NCBI RefSeq assembly: GCF_032062105.1
Contig: NW_026935164.1
Span: 248,001 to 312,000 of the forward strand
Length of the DNA stretch: 64,000 nucleotides
Reading direction: 5' to 3'
Source: Saccostrea cucullata
Lineage: Eukaryota
In this document: positions 37,117-48,700 of the stretch, piece after piece
Layout: every line of letters starts with the position of its first letter
Numbering within the stretch: the first letter of the stretch is position 1
The notes under the pieces: generated by a model
The model's input: the letters and a program-made list of their open reading frames with translations, nothing else
Database searches by the model: none
Told to the model about the DNA's origin: nothing
Position numbers and translations under genes: made by a program

Positions 37117-37866
37117 GGGGGCCGACTATAGTTTCCATTGCGCAATATTTCGCGCATCGTAGTAAAATGAAGCGTATTTACTGTTTTAATGCAACTTTTT
37201 TCGCTTAATTATTAAAATTAAACAAAATTAACAAATTATAGGTATAAAAATGTAATTACAATTTGATATAACTGATTTTTTTTAACCGATTTTGCAATTG
37301 ATAGGTAGGTTGACGTCGTTGCAGTGTTTTTGACGTTATGATAATCTAGCTCTTAAAGAAAAGGGTAATAAAAATATTATTAAAGAAAAAGTAATAAACA
37401 CGCTCTTGAAATTTAAAACATAGAAATTTGAGAATATCTACAATATTTTTATTATGTTTTCATGTGAATCCATTATGTACGTCATATTTTCTAATACTCT
37501 ATAAAAATAGTAAAATTTGCTAATTTTTTGCATTTTGAGATGCCCCCTCTGGTAACAAGACGGTAGAATTTTGTGTTTCGTACATATATTGTATAATATA
37601 GTATTACTCATCAAATAGTATAGTTTGAACAAAATGTCTATTGTAGTATTTGTATAATTTGCTTTAAAGTGGTAAAAATTGGCATTCTCCTATGTAATCC
37701 TATAGTAAATGTACCTGTATTTTGAGACGGTCCCTCAAAAATACCTGGACGGTAGATTTCCCCCAAACTTTGCATGTACACTGAAGTTAATGTAAGTTAT
37801 ATATGGTATAAATATGAAGAGTTTCGCTATTGTAGTTTTCACACAATAAAACTATAGTCGGCCCCC
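37117..37866. mobile_element. TTAA-flanked MITE (Kolobok-like)
   Basis: TIR GGGGGCCGACTATAGTTT..AAACTATAGTCGGCCCCC; TTAA on both sides. Confidence 0.88.
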
Positions 37867-37973
37867 TTAAATGTCCAACCGATATTAAATATTCTAAAAC
37901 TTTTTCAATGCAGATTAAATTAGAAAAGAATATTCAAAAATATGCTTACCCCGAGCAGTAATTAATTAAGAAT

Positions 37974-39101
37974 CAGGCGCGTAGCATCGTTTTTAAAAGT
38001 GGGGGGGGGGAGGCAGCCAGAGAAATTTTTTTACTCACCTGAAAAAGTTGACAAAAAAACGCAAATTAAAAGTTGCCCAAACTCGAAAATCCTATTTCGT
38101 GGGGGAGGGGAGGGGGGCGGGGAGGGGTAGTGGCCATCTATTTCATGGACAACTTCCTTTCACTTCAAATTTTTTTCGTACATTTTCCTACAATTCCTTG
38201 ATATCACTATACTATGGTATAAGGTGGGGGGCCAACCATCCTTTCAATGAACATTTCCTATAGTGAAAACAAATTTAAATTGTACATGAAAAGACAACTC
38301 AGTAATAGTTTTTTAAACATTTGGAACGATATTCGTACCAATTATTTGGAAGGCTTTGGTAAATTAAATACATATTTTAAGTATAAAAGGTCTTTTTATT
38401 TTGAAAAATACTTGAATATGAAAAACCGAGACAATCGGGTAATTCTCACAAAATTCAGAATTAGTAATCATTGTTTAAGGGTGGAGACGGGTAGATATGA
38501 AAGGAAAATTAATAAATGTGTTTAAAATCTTCTTTTAAAAATGAAATTCTTCCCAGGTGTGAGAGAATCTGTCGTTACTGCACCTCAAGTCCAACTGAGG
38601 ATGAATTACATTTTTTGCTAGAATGTTCACTTTATAATGACTCAAGAAGAGAGTTTTTAGATAAAATCTTTAAAACCTTTCCTAATTTGATACTGCTTAA
38701 CAATGTTGACCTGTTTACATGGATTATGTCAAATGAAGATTCTGAGTTTGTTGTTTTATTATGCCAACTCTTAAATGCAAATTTTAATAAGAGAAAACAA
38801 CATAGTTCAATATAGGCATATTGCAGATATTATACATAGGCCACTTATAATGTACATTCTATACATCCTAAAAGAAGATAACTAACTCTCTGTTCATTAT
38901 ACTATGTTTGTTTTGTTCTGTTTTGTATATGTATAACTGTGGTGATTTTGGACACTGTTCTGTATGCTCCACTGTGGGCCCAAATTGGTTGAATAAATAT
39001 TCTAATATTCTAATATTCTAATATTCTAATATAGTGAAGGTAATGTTGGGGAAAAAATATGATTACCCCCCCTGGCCCCCCCCCCTGTTGCTACGTCCCT
39101 G
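37974..39101. mobile_element. MITE with poly-G/C subterminal tracts, containing a LINE fragment
   Basis: CAGGCGCGTAGCA..TGCTACGTCCCTG ends; AGAAT direct repeat on both sides. Confidence 0.75.
38267..39029 (+). mobile_element. 5'-truncated LINE (RTEX/L2-like C-terminus)
   Basis: KFRISNHCLRVETGRY..ERICRYC..EDELHFLLEC; AATAAA then (ATTCTAAT)n tail; TATAGTGAA TSD. Confidence 0.82.
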
Positions 39102-39764
39102 AGAATGCATTGAAGTCTATGGGAACAAGCAATTTTTTTTAAATAATAATTTGAATACTAGGAATACCAAAAATGCTATGGTGGAAAGATATAATTATTA
39201 AGAATAGAAAAATGATTAAATAATACTTTTTCACCACATATATTTTTTTAAAAAATGATTTTTATCGGCACCTAATCCCACCTCTGATGTTTAGGAGGTC
39301 CGTGTTTGCTCTGCTCCTCTTTTGTATTGTTTTATGGACTTTGAGATTGAATACTGTTCGTTATCTCCATATCCTTCTTCATCGATTAAAAGCAAAGGGG
39401 GGTAACTCTTCAAGGACGAGTCAAGGTAAAAAATTATGACACGTTCTGCTCTTACATAATGAGACTGAAACATGAAAAATATGTCCACATATGCTTAGTA
39501 TTCAGCCAACATATATCAGTTATGCATTCAGATTCATTAAATCTGAGTCTATTGTAGATCGGACATCTTAAAAGACGTCAATTGTGCTATAAGTGCCAAA
39601 AACAATACCACTAACTTTTGTAGCAAAACAATAAACTGATTTGCCTACATATATCGTAAAATGGGAAATTCTGATCAAAGGCTCGATCTGAAAAAAATTC
39701 TCTAAAGTTCTTGCATAAATATTGAAAAAAAATATATCTCGATTTTTTTTTTATTTATTTTTAT

Positions 39765-41055
39765 TCACACTTTAGTCACCAATCCACCTTTGATGCTAGT
39801 TCTTAATGTGTTATGTGATGACAATGAATCTCTGTTACGATGATACAATTTTAAATGAGTTTTAAGACACAAACAGCAGATTTTCCCCAACATGTTCTTG
39901 GTTTTCCTTCTGAAATCCTTATCCATCACAAAATAATTTATCGGATGAACAGCACAGTTGGTGAAGGCGAACCAATGAGAAAACATCCAGAAGACTTGTA
40001 GGTACTCCTGACTCATCAGACGGTTGTTGTTGGTCCCCACGATTGTAATTATATGGAGAGGAAGCCAAGAGATTGCGTAGGATACAGCAACGCAGATGAG
40101 CACCTTGACGGTCTGAATAAAGAGAAAAAGATTGTATAAGAATTTGTTACATAGATAAAACTGAGCGGTAAAATAAATGCTTAAAAATATCGTTGGTGAA
40201 TAAATTTTAGATGGTTTTTGTATATAATATGTGCTTAAAAAACAAAAATTGTTTTAATTAAGCATGAATATGAGTAGTACATACCCGTCTTTTTGCTGAG
40301 TACATTTCTTTGATTTTCTGAGGATGGTTTTCTCCTGGTGGTTTTCGTGCCCAGACAAGGCATCCAATATAAAAGTTTGAAATACATAGTATAAAAAGGG
40401 GAATTATGTATTGCAGGACCATTATTGCAATGGTGTAGTAGAGTCGCTCTTTGCTGGAGTTCCACTCTTCCACACACATTTTTCGTGATTGAAACCCTAC
40501 ATTGAAATGTTGTACCTTGGAATACATCGCTATCGGCAATGCAACCAAGAAGGAACACAACAAGGTGAGCAAATATGTGACCTTGCCCTGTACAGCTAAC
40601 GACACTTTTTGTGGAGATCGAAAAATCACGTAATGTCTATAGACAGTCAACAACATCAGAGACTGGGAGCGATGGACAACAAGCACCAAATGAAGGTAAG
40701 CGGAAAACGGACATAACAAGTCAAAATACGGCCAAGACTGGTAGAGATGCTGACCTATAACTTTAAAAGGAATCGAAATAATTACAAGTCCTAGGTCACT
40801 AACAGCAAGACTGCTGATGAAAATATTTTTATTTCTCCAGTTCTTCTTGGGTCTATAATGCCAAGTCATGACTAAATTTCCAGGCACTGCAATAGCCGTT
40901 GTAAGAATGTATAAGCCAAGGAGAATCCACTGCACCGCTAGTCTTCCGTTTGAAATATCTTTAGAAGAGTCACTAATTATCATATACGATGTATTGAAAT
41001 AATCATATGTAAAATTAAAATCTAATATCCATGTATATTCTTCGAGCTGTGCCAT
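39765..41055 (-). CDS. Rhodopsin-family neuropeptide-type GPCR, paralog 1 (exons 41055-40285, 40112-39765)
   Basis: Seven hydrophobic segments; TM1 GN, TM2 LAVSD, ECL1 WPY..C, TM5 Y..P, TM6 SWLP; phase-0 GT-AG intron joining KRR|TVKVL; ICL3 WARKPPGE resembles RYamide/luqin-type receptors. Confidence 0.92.
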
Positions 41056-41141
41056 TTTGCAAAATGATTATAGTCTTAAAGTTATGGAATAGAAATACTT
41101 TTTTCCAACCCACTCGTTAAATGAATAAGGATTTCCTCGTG

Positions 41142-41155
41142 CTTTTATAACCAAT
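41142..41155 (-). promoter_or_regulatory. Candidate TATA and CCAAT motifs of GPCR paralog 1
   Basis: TATAAAAG ~90 bp upstream of the ATG next to CCAAT; a similar AAAAGCAC/CCAAT arrangement lies upstream of paralog 2 (~54768-54803). Confidence 0.4.
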
Positions 41156-41559
41156 GGAAACAAAGTATTGCAAAAGGCGAGAAAACAATGTGTGAATATC
41201 AGTGATATATTCTTAATGTGGGTAAATTATGTAGGAGAACAAACAAATCCAATCATATTTTAAAACCCTTATTTAGCAATTTGATTCAACTGTTTTCAAG
41301 AATTCATTTGAAAACAAGCTGCTACTCTTTCTCGGTTAATTTCTTAGTAAAAGAGGAAATTGTTTAGAACACGTATCCGTAGGTTTTGTAAAACAAAATG
41401 ACAAAAGGCTTAATATTTTTATAACAAAAGGCACAACTAAGGGCCTTAACGGTCAACTGAGTATAATATAACCTAGTGAAGGATCAAATAAACTTAATAA
41501 TCAAATTTTTAAAAAAAAACTTTGGCCCTGAAATTAATATTAAAAACATTAATTGTTTA

Positions 41560-42300
41560 ATTGTTGTTTTATGTCACATTCGAGAATTTGTTCACTCATA
41601 TAGGGAAGTCACCATATACCGGTGACTGGCTTCAAATTTTGACCTTTACTCGGCACTGAGGGCCATTGAGCAGTGGACTTTTGCGCGAACTGGCTTATGA
41701 ATACATTCAACGACTTACTTTTACATTTTTTAAACCTGTGCTATGTACGGATGTACAGAATAGATAATAGGAAAGAAAAAAATTATAGTGGTTAAACATG
41801 TAGTTTCGGTTTTACATGTGGGGACACTTACGTTATTTACAAACATGAAAAATGATTAGAGACAGAATGACGTGACTTGAAATACATTTTTTCATAAAAG
41901 ATAGTATCTCCTTTCATTTTTCATGTTCTGAAGGAATCAAATAAAGAAGAAAAACATTCCGAAATGAAAACTTGGCAGGAGTTTGTAAAGCTTAGAAGGG
42001 AGCGGTTGAGAATAGTATTGTTGCCGTTCCCTTCCTATACAACGTAATATGTGCTTTGAAATGACCTATTATTATCGTTTTATTAACTTAAAAACTAAAT
42101 ATTTATATTGCCAAAAAACTTTCATATATTTCCAGGTGTAAAAGAAATCCGTCTAATATAAAATCCGTGCTTTTCGCAAAAGTCCCGAAAGGGATCTTTA
42201 TCGTGGCAACGCCTGTCGTCACGACTGGACCTCAGTTTTTAAGGTATCATCCGAAGGACCCGCAACTTTCATTTCAAAGTGCTGAGCGCATGACGAAGCC
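41560..42300 (-). mobile_element. SINE split by a TIR element (41675-42185)
   Basis: SINE tail 41560-41674 resumes at GGGATCTTTATCGTGGC (~42190); the insert has GGACTTTTGCG..CGCAAAAGTCC ends. Confidence 0.72.
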
Positions 42301-42464
42301 AGTGTTCTTAAATTGATGAAATAGCCACAAATGTCTGTGGGTTGGGAAAAATATTATTTCAAGTTATATTGGCGCGAGAGGTACAGGTGTATGATGTGAT
42401 GGTCTTTTAGCACTAATGAAAAGAATCCAGAAAAGCTTATGCGATAGTATTTGTTTTAGCCTTT

Positions 42465-43507
42465 CTAATCAAAATTTGTCCGTGAACCCTCCTGAAATAT
42501 AACCTGATGTTGAACCTCTGATGTTGGTTCTTTAATCAACAAATTACTTAATTGAACATATTCATTATTCCACATCTTATCTATCATATTTTGGACGACA
42601 TGAGCCCCAAATGGTGACACAAAACTATGAAAAGACATAGGCTTTTCTATGTCACAATTGCTTGTACCTGTTGGAGCTGGTTGAGTTGTAGATTGTTGGG
42701 ATGCAACTGTATCAACAACTGAGGCGACAGATACTGGAATGGCTTCAGGGTTTGTCTGCTGGGCTGTTGATGAACTCAGTCCTGCAATGGAGGCAATTCC
42801 GGCGACCGATGATGTGGAAGTCGCATTTAATGTAGATATGGGGACTACCACTAAAGTCTCTGGCTGCATGGGTGTTCTGACATCTTGAGATTGCGTTACG
42901 GAAGGCATGATAGCTACATTGGATCTGGTCCTTGCATATGGACTCCTCCCCTTCGATGCCCTTGACTTGTTCGCTCGTAACATGGCTCATAAAACAAAAA
43001 TAAATTTTTACATTATTTATTTATTTTATTATTTTTTATTATTATTATTATTATTATTGTTGTTGTTTTTATATATGATCATTGGCAATTTAATTATATC
43101 AATTTACATATTTTGATTAAAAGTATTTCAAACCAATATTTATTCAAGATGACCGATACCAAATGCCAATTTGTGCAAGTTCTTAATGTACTTTAGCTGG
43201 TCAACAATCACTGATACACCGGTAAATTAGTCTGAAATAATTCATCAAACAATAATTCTATGTACTTACTTCACTTGTTGCGCAAGTACCTTCTTTAATT
43301 TGACGATGAGCGAGATAAAATTCTGCATCAAAATGTTCCCGGTCTAAAGCTTTGGAGAATGACGGAAGAGGAAGCTGGCAGTGAGCATGCTCAATGATGC
43401 TAAATTAGTTGTACGAAAGAAATTAGAGTAATCCTTCTTGACCCATAATAAAATTAAGACGCAAATTGTGCTCGAAATAACCCGGCTTATCCATATGAGA
43501 TAAACCC
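42465..43507 (-). mobile_element. DIRS/Ngaro-like retrotransposon 5' fragment (gag-like ORF 42465-42983)
   Basis: Basic N-terminus, S/T/P-rich linker, then GAHV..IDKMWNNEYVQLSNLL, which I recall from tyrosine-recombinase retroelement gags; right boundary approximate. Confidence 0.5.
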
Positions 43508-43847
43508 AATTATCGTTGTGTTCGTCGTGAACTTTTCACATTTTCATCTACTGGGTGAAAATTTTCGACTAAACTTGGTGCAAAGTATCCTTAGGTGAAG
43601 GGAATTCAAGTTTGTTCAAATGTAAAGCGAAGTCTTTCAAGGGGATATAACAACAAATTTGCGAAAATTTATTGGCATCATTTATAAATCTTCTTCTCAA
43701 GAACAATTGGGACAGGAAAGATGAAATCTATGTCGAATCATTCTCATGGGGTGTAGATTCGAGGTTTTTTTTTTAATCATGACCCCTGAGGGTAGGGTTA
43801 GGTCACAATGGCCAATCAACGGACTAAACTACACAAATCGTTTTTAA

Positions 43848-44347
43848 GGTATCCATATTCAATGAATTTTAATGCATAACAGATATATATTGGCCGAATA
43901 CTCAGTATATGTAGACATAGTGTTCATATGTTTTAGTACCAATATGTAAGAGCAGAATGTGTCCTAATTTTTTACTTTGACCCGTCCTTGAAGCGTTATC
44001 CCCCTTTGCTTTTAATTAATAAAATTCATTTCTAAACATATCTATCTGGTAAAAAATTATTATTTTTTTTAACGTTTTTCTATTCTTAATGATTATATAC
44101 ATCATTCCACCACAGCATTTTTTGATATTCATATTTAGTATTTTAATTTTTATTTTCAAATATTTGCTTGTTTCCGTGGAACTCAATGCATTCTTCATTG
44201 ATTAAATACTGCTCCGGAAATTATATTTTTGAAAATTTCTTCTGGTAAATCCTTTTCTATTCTAAACTGCTTTAAATTAGTTTTTTTTCATAATACGGGA
44301 TGGATATTTAAGGTTAGAAAATTATGTCCTATTATGGGTCGGATACC
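43848..44347. mobile_element. Kolobok-like MITE, copy 2
   Basis: TTAA|GGTATCC...GGTCGGATACC|TTAA. Confidence 0.8.
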
Positions 44348-44859
44348 TTAATTTTTTTTTCAGGGGGGGGGGGGGGTTTGTTTATTTCGATCAACAATTT
44401 TACCAAGGTTCCTAAATTAGTAATTTCTGGGGGGAAAACAAAAGACTATTCCTTCAACAAATTTGATTGATTTATGTCCAGGTCTTCATTAGAGACTTCT
44501 GATTTATATGCTTGAGACTTTGACATTATACACAGCAGACCAATAATATTTATCATAAATATCGCTTAAAAATATGCACTTCGACTGAAAAAACATTGCG
44601 TTCAGCGACGACACTGATGGATTTGACAGTTATGCAGTTCAGTTCGCGCGTTACATTCTAAACGCCACGCATTTTAATTGGCCAATTGGGGCCCGCCCAT
44701 TTTGCATGTGGCTGTTAGAACAAGATCACTCAGTGTTGCTAGCATGATTTAGGAATGCATTTAAGCAGTTTTATGTGATATTGACAACGGGTTTGTTTTC
44801 TATAAAGAAGAATTCATTAAGAGCGATGCCAAATTAGTAAGGGGTTGATGCTTACGTCA

Positions 44860-45072
44860 CGGATTCGATATCCACTGTGGGACGTGGAGGTCGGTCCTTC
44901 GGTGAGACCGTAATAACTGAGGTCCTGTGTAGATGCAGGTACAAAAAAGATCCCTCACTGTTCAATGGCGATGAGTGCCGAGCATAGGACAAAATTTGTA
45001 TCCTTCCGCCGGCAAATGGTGATGTCTCCATACGAGTGAAAAATTCTCGAGAGGGATGTTAAACAACAAACA
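44860..45072 (+). mobile_element. tRNA-derived SINE (5'-degenerate)
   Basis: Degenerate B box, core and tail as in other copies. Confidence 0.78.
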
Positions 45073-45737
45073 ATTTATCATAGGTCTGGGTCGACCACCC
45101 TTGATAATACTCGTATGGTCACTAAGTTTTTAATATTGTCAAAAGAAAATTTTGCATTGTGTAGTCCATTTCAATCCCTTGTATTTCAGAGAAGAAAATT
45201 GAAATAGAAAAACAGATTTAGTACATGTGATGTAGAAGAGTGTTGGTCTCATTAAATTCTTTGAATTTTCGGTTCATTAAACTGAAGCTATTCTTTTGAA
45301 TAAACATAGTCATTTGTAATGTAAACAATTAAACTGTGTCAAGGCAATTTAGCTGTTTCTTCTATACCGACAGTTGACTTCAGGAAATTGAGCAGCATGA
45401 TGATATTTTTGTACCATTTCCACACATTTTAACACTGTCGAACGTTTGCATTCGTGTCTTTGTACTTTTATATATGCAATGAAGTGCAATTCATCTCATA
45501 TCGACCAATGTAGAAGAAATCGCAAAATGGAAATGGTACGTTGAGGTGTAATCTCTATTATCTTCCATTATCGCTGTATAGAGCAGGTGCCCTGAACAAG
45601 AAAAGACAAGGGTCATAACATTAACCTGCACTCCAAAAACGAAGATAGAGGGAAAGGTTATTTGTCACTACTTTAAATATTAGCCGAATTAATTGTCACT
45701 ATAGGGTTGAAGACAGGTACTAAAATCTCTAATAACA

Positions 45738-48700
45738 ATGGCAATTTCGGGGTTGATTGGGAAGTGGAAAGTGATTTCTGAGGAAAATCTAGACGAAATC
45801 TTCCAGGCATTTGGTTTGTATATGTAAAACTTCATTGTGAATATCGAAATGGATGTCAAAAGCTGCTCATATTTTTTTGTTAATTAAAAATTATATTTTA
45901 TCTTAAATGTGACCAAATTCTAACATAGATCTATACAACACTGGCAGGTGTGGACGACGAAATGCGATCAAAAGCAAAAGAGGGTCTAATTCAGCCAATC
46001 CAGGAAATCAATATTATAGACGACGAGTATTTCATTAAGACTACAATCGGCCATATCTCCACTGAAGTCCGCTTCAAACTTCGCGTAACATTCCCAAGTT
46101 CTTCAATGGATGGCAAAAAAATCATGGTACTTTTTGGAAAAGGGGAAGAAAATTCACATAATGAATTGCACTGCACTTAGTTTTGATTTTATGTCTTCAA
46201 AGGTGTCATTAGAAAGCTCAGATATAAAGAACTATATGCGGTATACTGCATATCTATGCCCCCACACAAAAGTCAAATTTTGAAAAATTCTTGAAATGTG
46301 CTGAATTCTATAAATTGTATAAGAAATATAAATTAACAGAACATATTATAGCATCGTCGCAAACCACGGCCAAAATGTACGATCCTCTCCCATTCTGGTC
46401 ATCGTCGCAAACCACGGCCAAAATGTACGATCCTCTCCCATTCCCATAGGAGAGAGCTATATGCGGACTCCGGACCGTGGCTTGAGACGATGATATTATA
46501 CATTTATTGCATGATAGTGAGGGAAATATGAATAATTATTCAGCGAAGAAATATCATATTCCCCAAGGGCTTCGCCCGAGGGGAATATGATATTTCTTGG
46601 CTGAATAAGTCTTCATGTTTCCCGAACATTCATGCAATGAATTGTTTATCATACCGAAACAAGCAAAACCTTTGAAATAAACAAAAACTCTCTTGACAAA
46701 AACTCTCACTTTCATTGTTCACATAAAGTAACTATAAAACCCTTTGTTCAACACATTTTCATCAACATTGTGACGTAAACCAGGTTATTGTGACGTCTAC
46801 TACTCTCGGGAGTCTTCGTTCAACGAACGAGAACTATATTGCGGGAAAATACACTAGGTGTTCCGAAGAGGTGGAATATAATGAAAAGCGTGCCGACGAC
46901 CGTGAAATATGAAGTTTTACGGCCCAATCACGTGATAACGTAGAACCAAACAGATAACGCGTTGTGTAGAATATTTATAATGAGGTATAATAATATAGTT
47001 TCAAAGTAGTTTACTGACAATTTTTGTTTTTATGACGTCACAAACTAGTCCGATTTTATATCATTTTTTTAGAAGAGGACAAAATGGACAAAATTTTAAC
47101 AATTTTAGCTTTAAAATTTATAGAGCACAAGTTTGCTCAGAAACAATATTTACATATTTTATTGATATTATCATTCTTCACATTATATCAAAATATTGAG
47201 CCTGATCAGACCTGCACTCGGTGATTTTTACTCAAAATATCAACGTAATATATACCTTTTCTGCAGAAATCATGGAAATTTTAAATTAACGTCATTTTCG
47301 TGACGTCATTTCAAACATATGACGTAATTGCTTATGAAAATATCCAGTGCTTTGAAGTCAGCATATATCCCCGTGTTTAAGAACATAATTAAATATTTCT
47401 TCGTCAAAGTTTGATTTTGGGGGCAAATATTGGTTATTACCGAATAAAGTTCTTTGCTTGGTATATGCAATGGAAGCTTTATATTAAAATATTAGTTATC
47501 AACGCTTTGGCTGCTGGATACAAAAAAAACGATTTCTAAACAAAAACTTAGTTTATTTGATTCTTGAACTAGATGCAATGGTTGTAAGCGATACAATTTT
47601 AGAGACAAACAGATAGCAGATGTGCATTTATCGAGATGCCCTATGTACATTTATGGATACATATATAATACAGGTCCAAGTTGGTCATATTTCTAGATGT
47701 ATGGACGGTGTTCCTTTCGGGTCAATCGCACCTTCGCAAAAGAGCGATATAAATGTCACACTTTCGCCTTTGCAACTTTGTTTAGCTTATTATCGTTATT
47801 CATTGTACTTAACTTTTAGTGGGCTATATTTATTAGTTATTTTATATGTCACTGTGTGTAGGTTTTTATTTAATTACTGCAATCTCTTTCTTGCGAAAAT
47901 TCCCGCTAGAAATATATTCGCAACAGAGCAGATTCGGATGAGACCTTAAATACCGAGGTCCTGTGTCACAACAGGCGTTAAATATATAAATAGGTCCTGT
48001 GTCACAACAGGCGTTAAATATATAAATAGGTCCTGTGTCACAACAGGCGTTAAATATATGAATAGGTCCTGTGTCACAACAGGCGTTAAATAAATAAATA
48101 GGTCCTGTGTCACAACAGGCGTTAAATAAATAAATAGGTCCTGTGTCACAACAGGCGTTAAATATATACCGAGGTCCTGTGTCACAACAGGCGTTAAAAA
48201 TATATCGAGGTCCCGTGTCACATATACCGAGGTCCTGTGTCACAACAGGCGTTAAATAAATAAATAGGTCCTGTGTCACAACAGGCGTTAAATATATACC
48301 GAGGTCCTGTGTCACAACAGGCGTTTAATATAAATCGAGGTCCTGTGTCACAACAGGCGTTAAATATATACCGAGGTCCTGTGTCACAACAGGCGTTAAA
48401 TATATATCGAGGTCCTGTGTCACAACAGTCGTTAAATATATACCGAGGTCCTGTGTCACAACAGGCGTTAAATGGCAAGATAAAGATCCCTCACTGTTTA
48501 ATGGCCCTGAGTGTCGAGTAAAGGTCAAGATTTGAAGCCCATCACCGGTACCTCTCTATATGAGTTAAAAATTCTCGAATCGTACATGTACATGAAAAAC
48601 ATAGATCAACGTGGGAGAGGGCTATCTAGGTTTTTTTAGAACTTGTGTCCAACCCCTTTGACGTGTTGTCAATAAAATATGTTCAAAACAAAAAAAAAAC

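Larger units (their letters stand above)
37077..39567. mobile_element. TTAA-flanked Kolobok-like MITE, copy 1, with nested insertions
   Basis: TTAA|GGTATCCGATCCATA start; inverse homologue of 43848-44347 and 50111-50615. Confidence 0.72.

Noticed and set aside
47950-48473. CRISPR-like array (36-bp periodicity)
   Set aside because: Units are head-to-tail with no unique spacers, derive from a SINE core, lie in a eukaryotic intron, and no cas genes are present
47866-48528. Repetitive ORFs (TPVVTQDLFIYL / FNACCDTGP)n
   Set aside because: By-products of a 36-bp stop-free repeat, open in several frames
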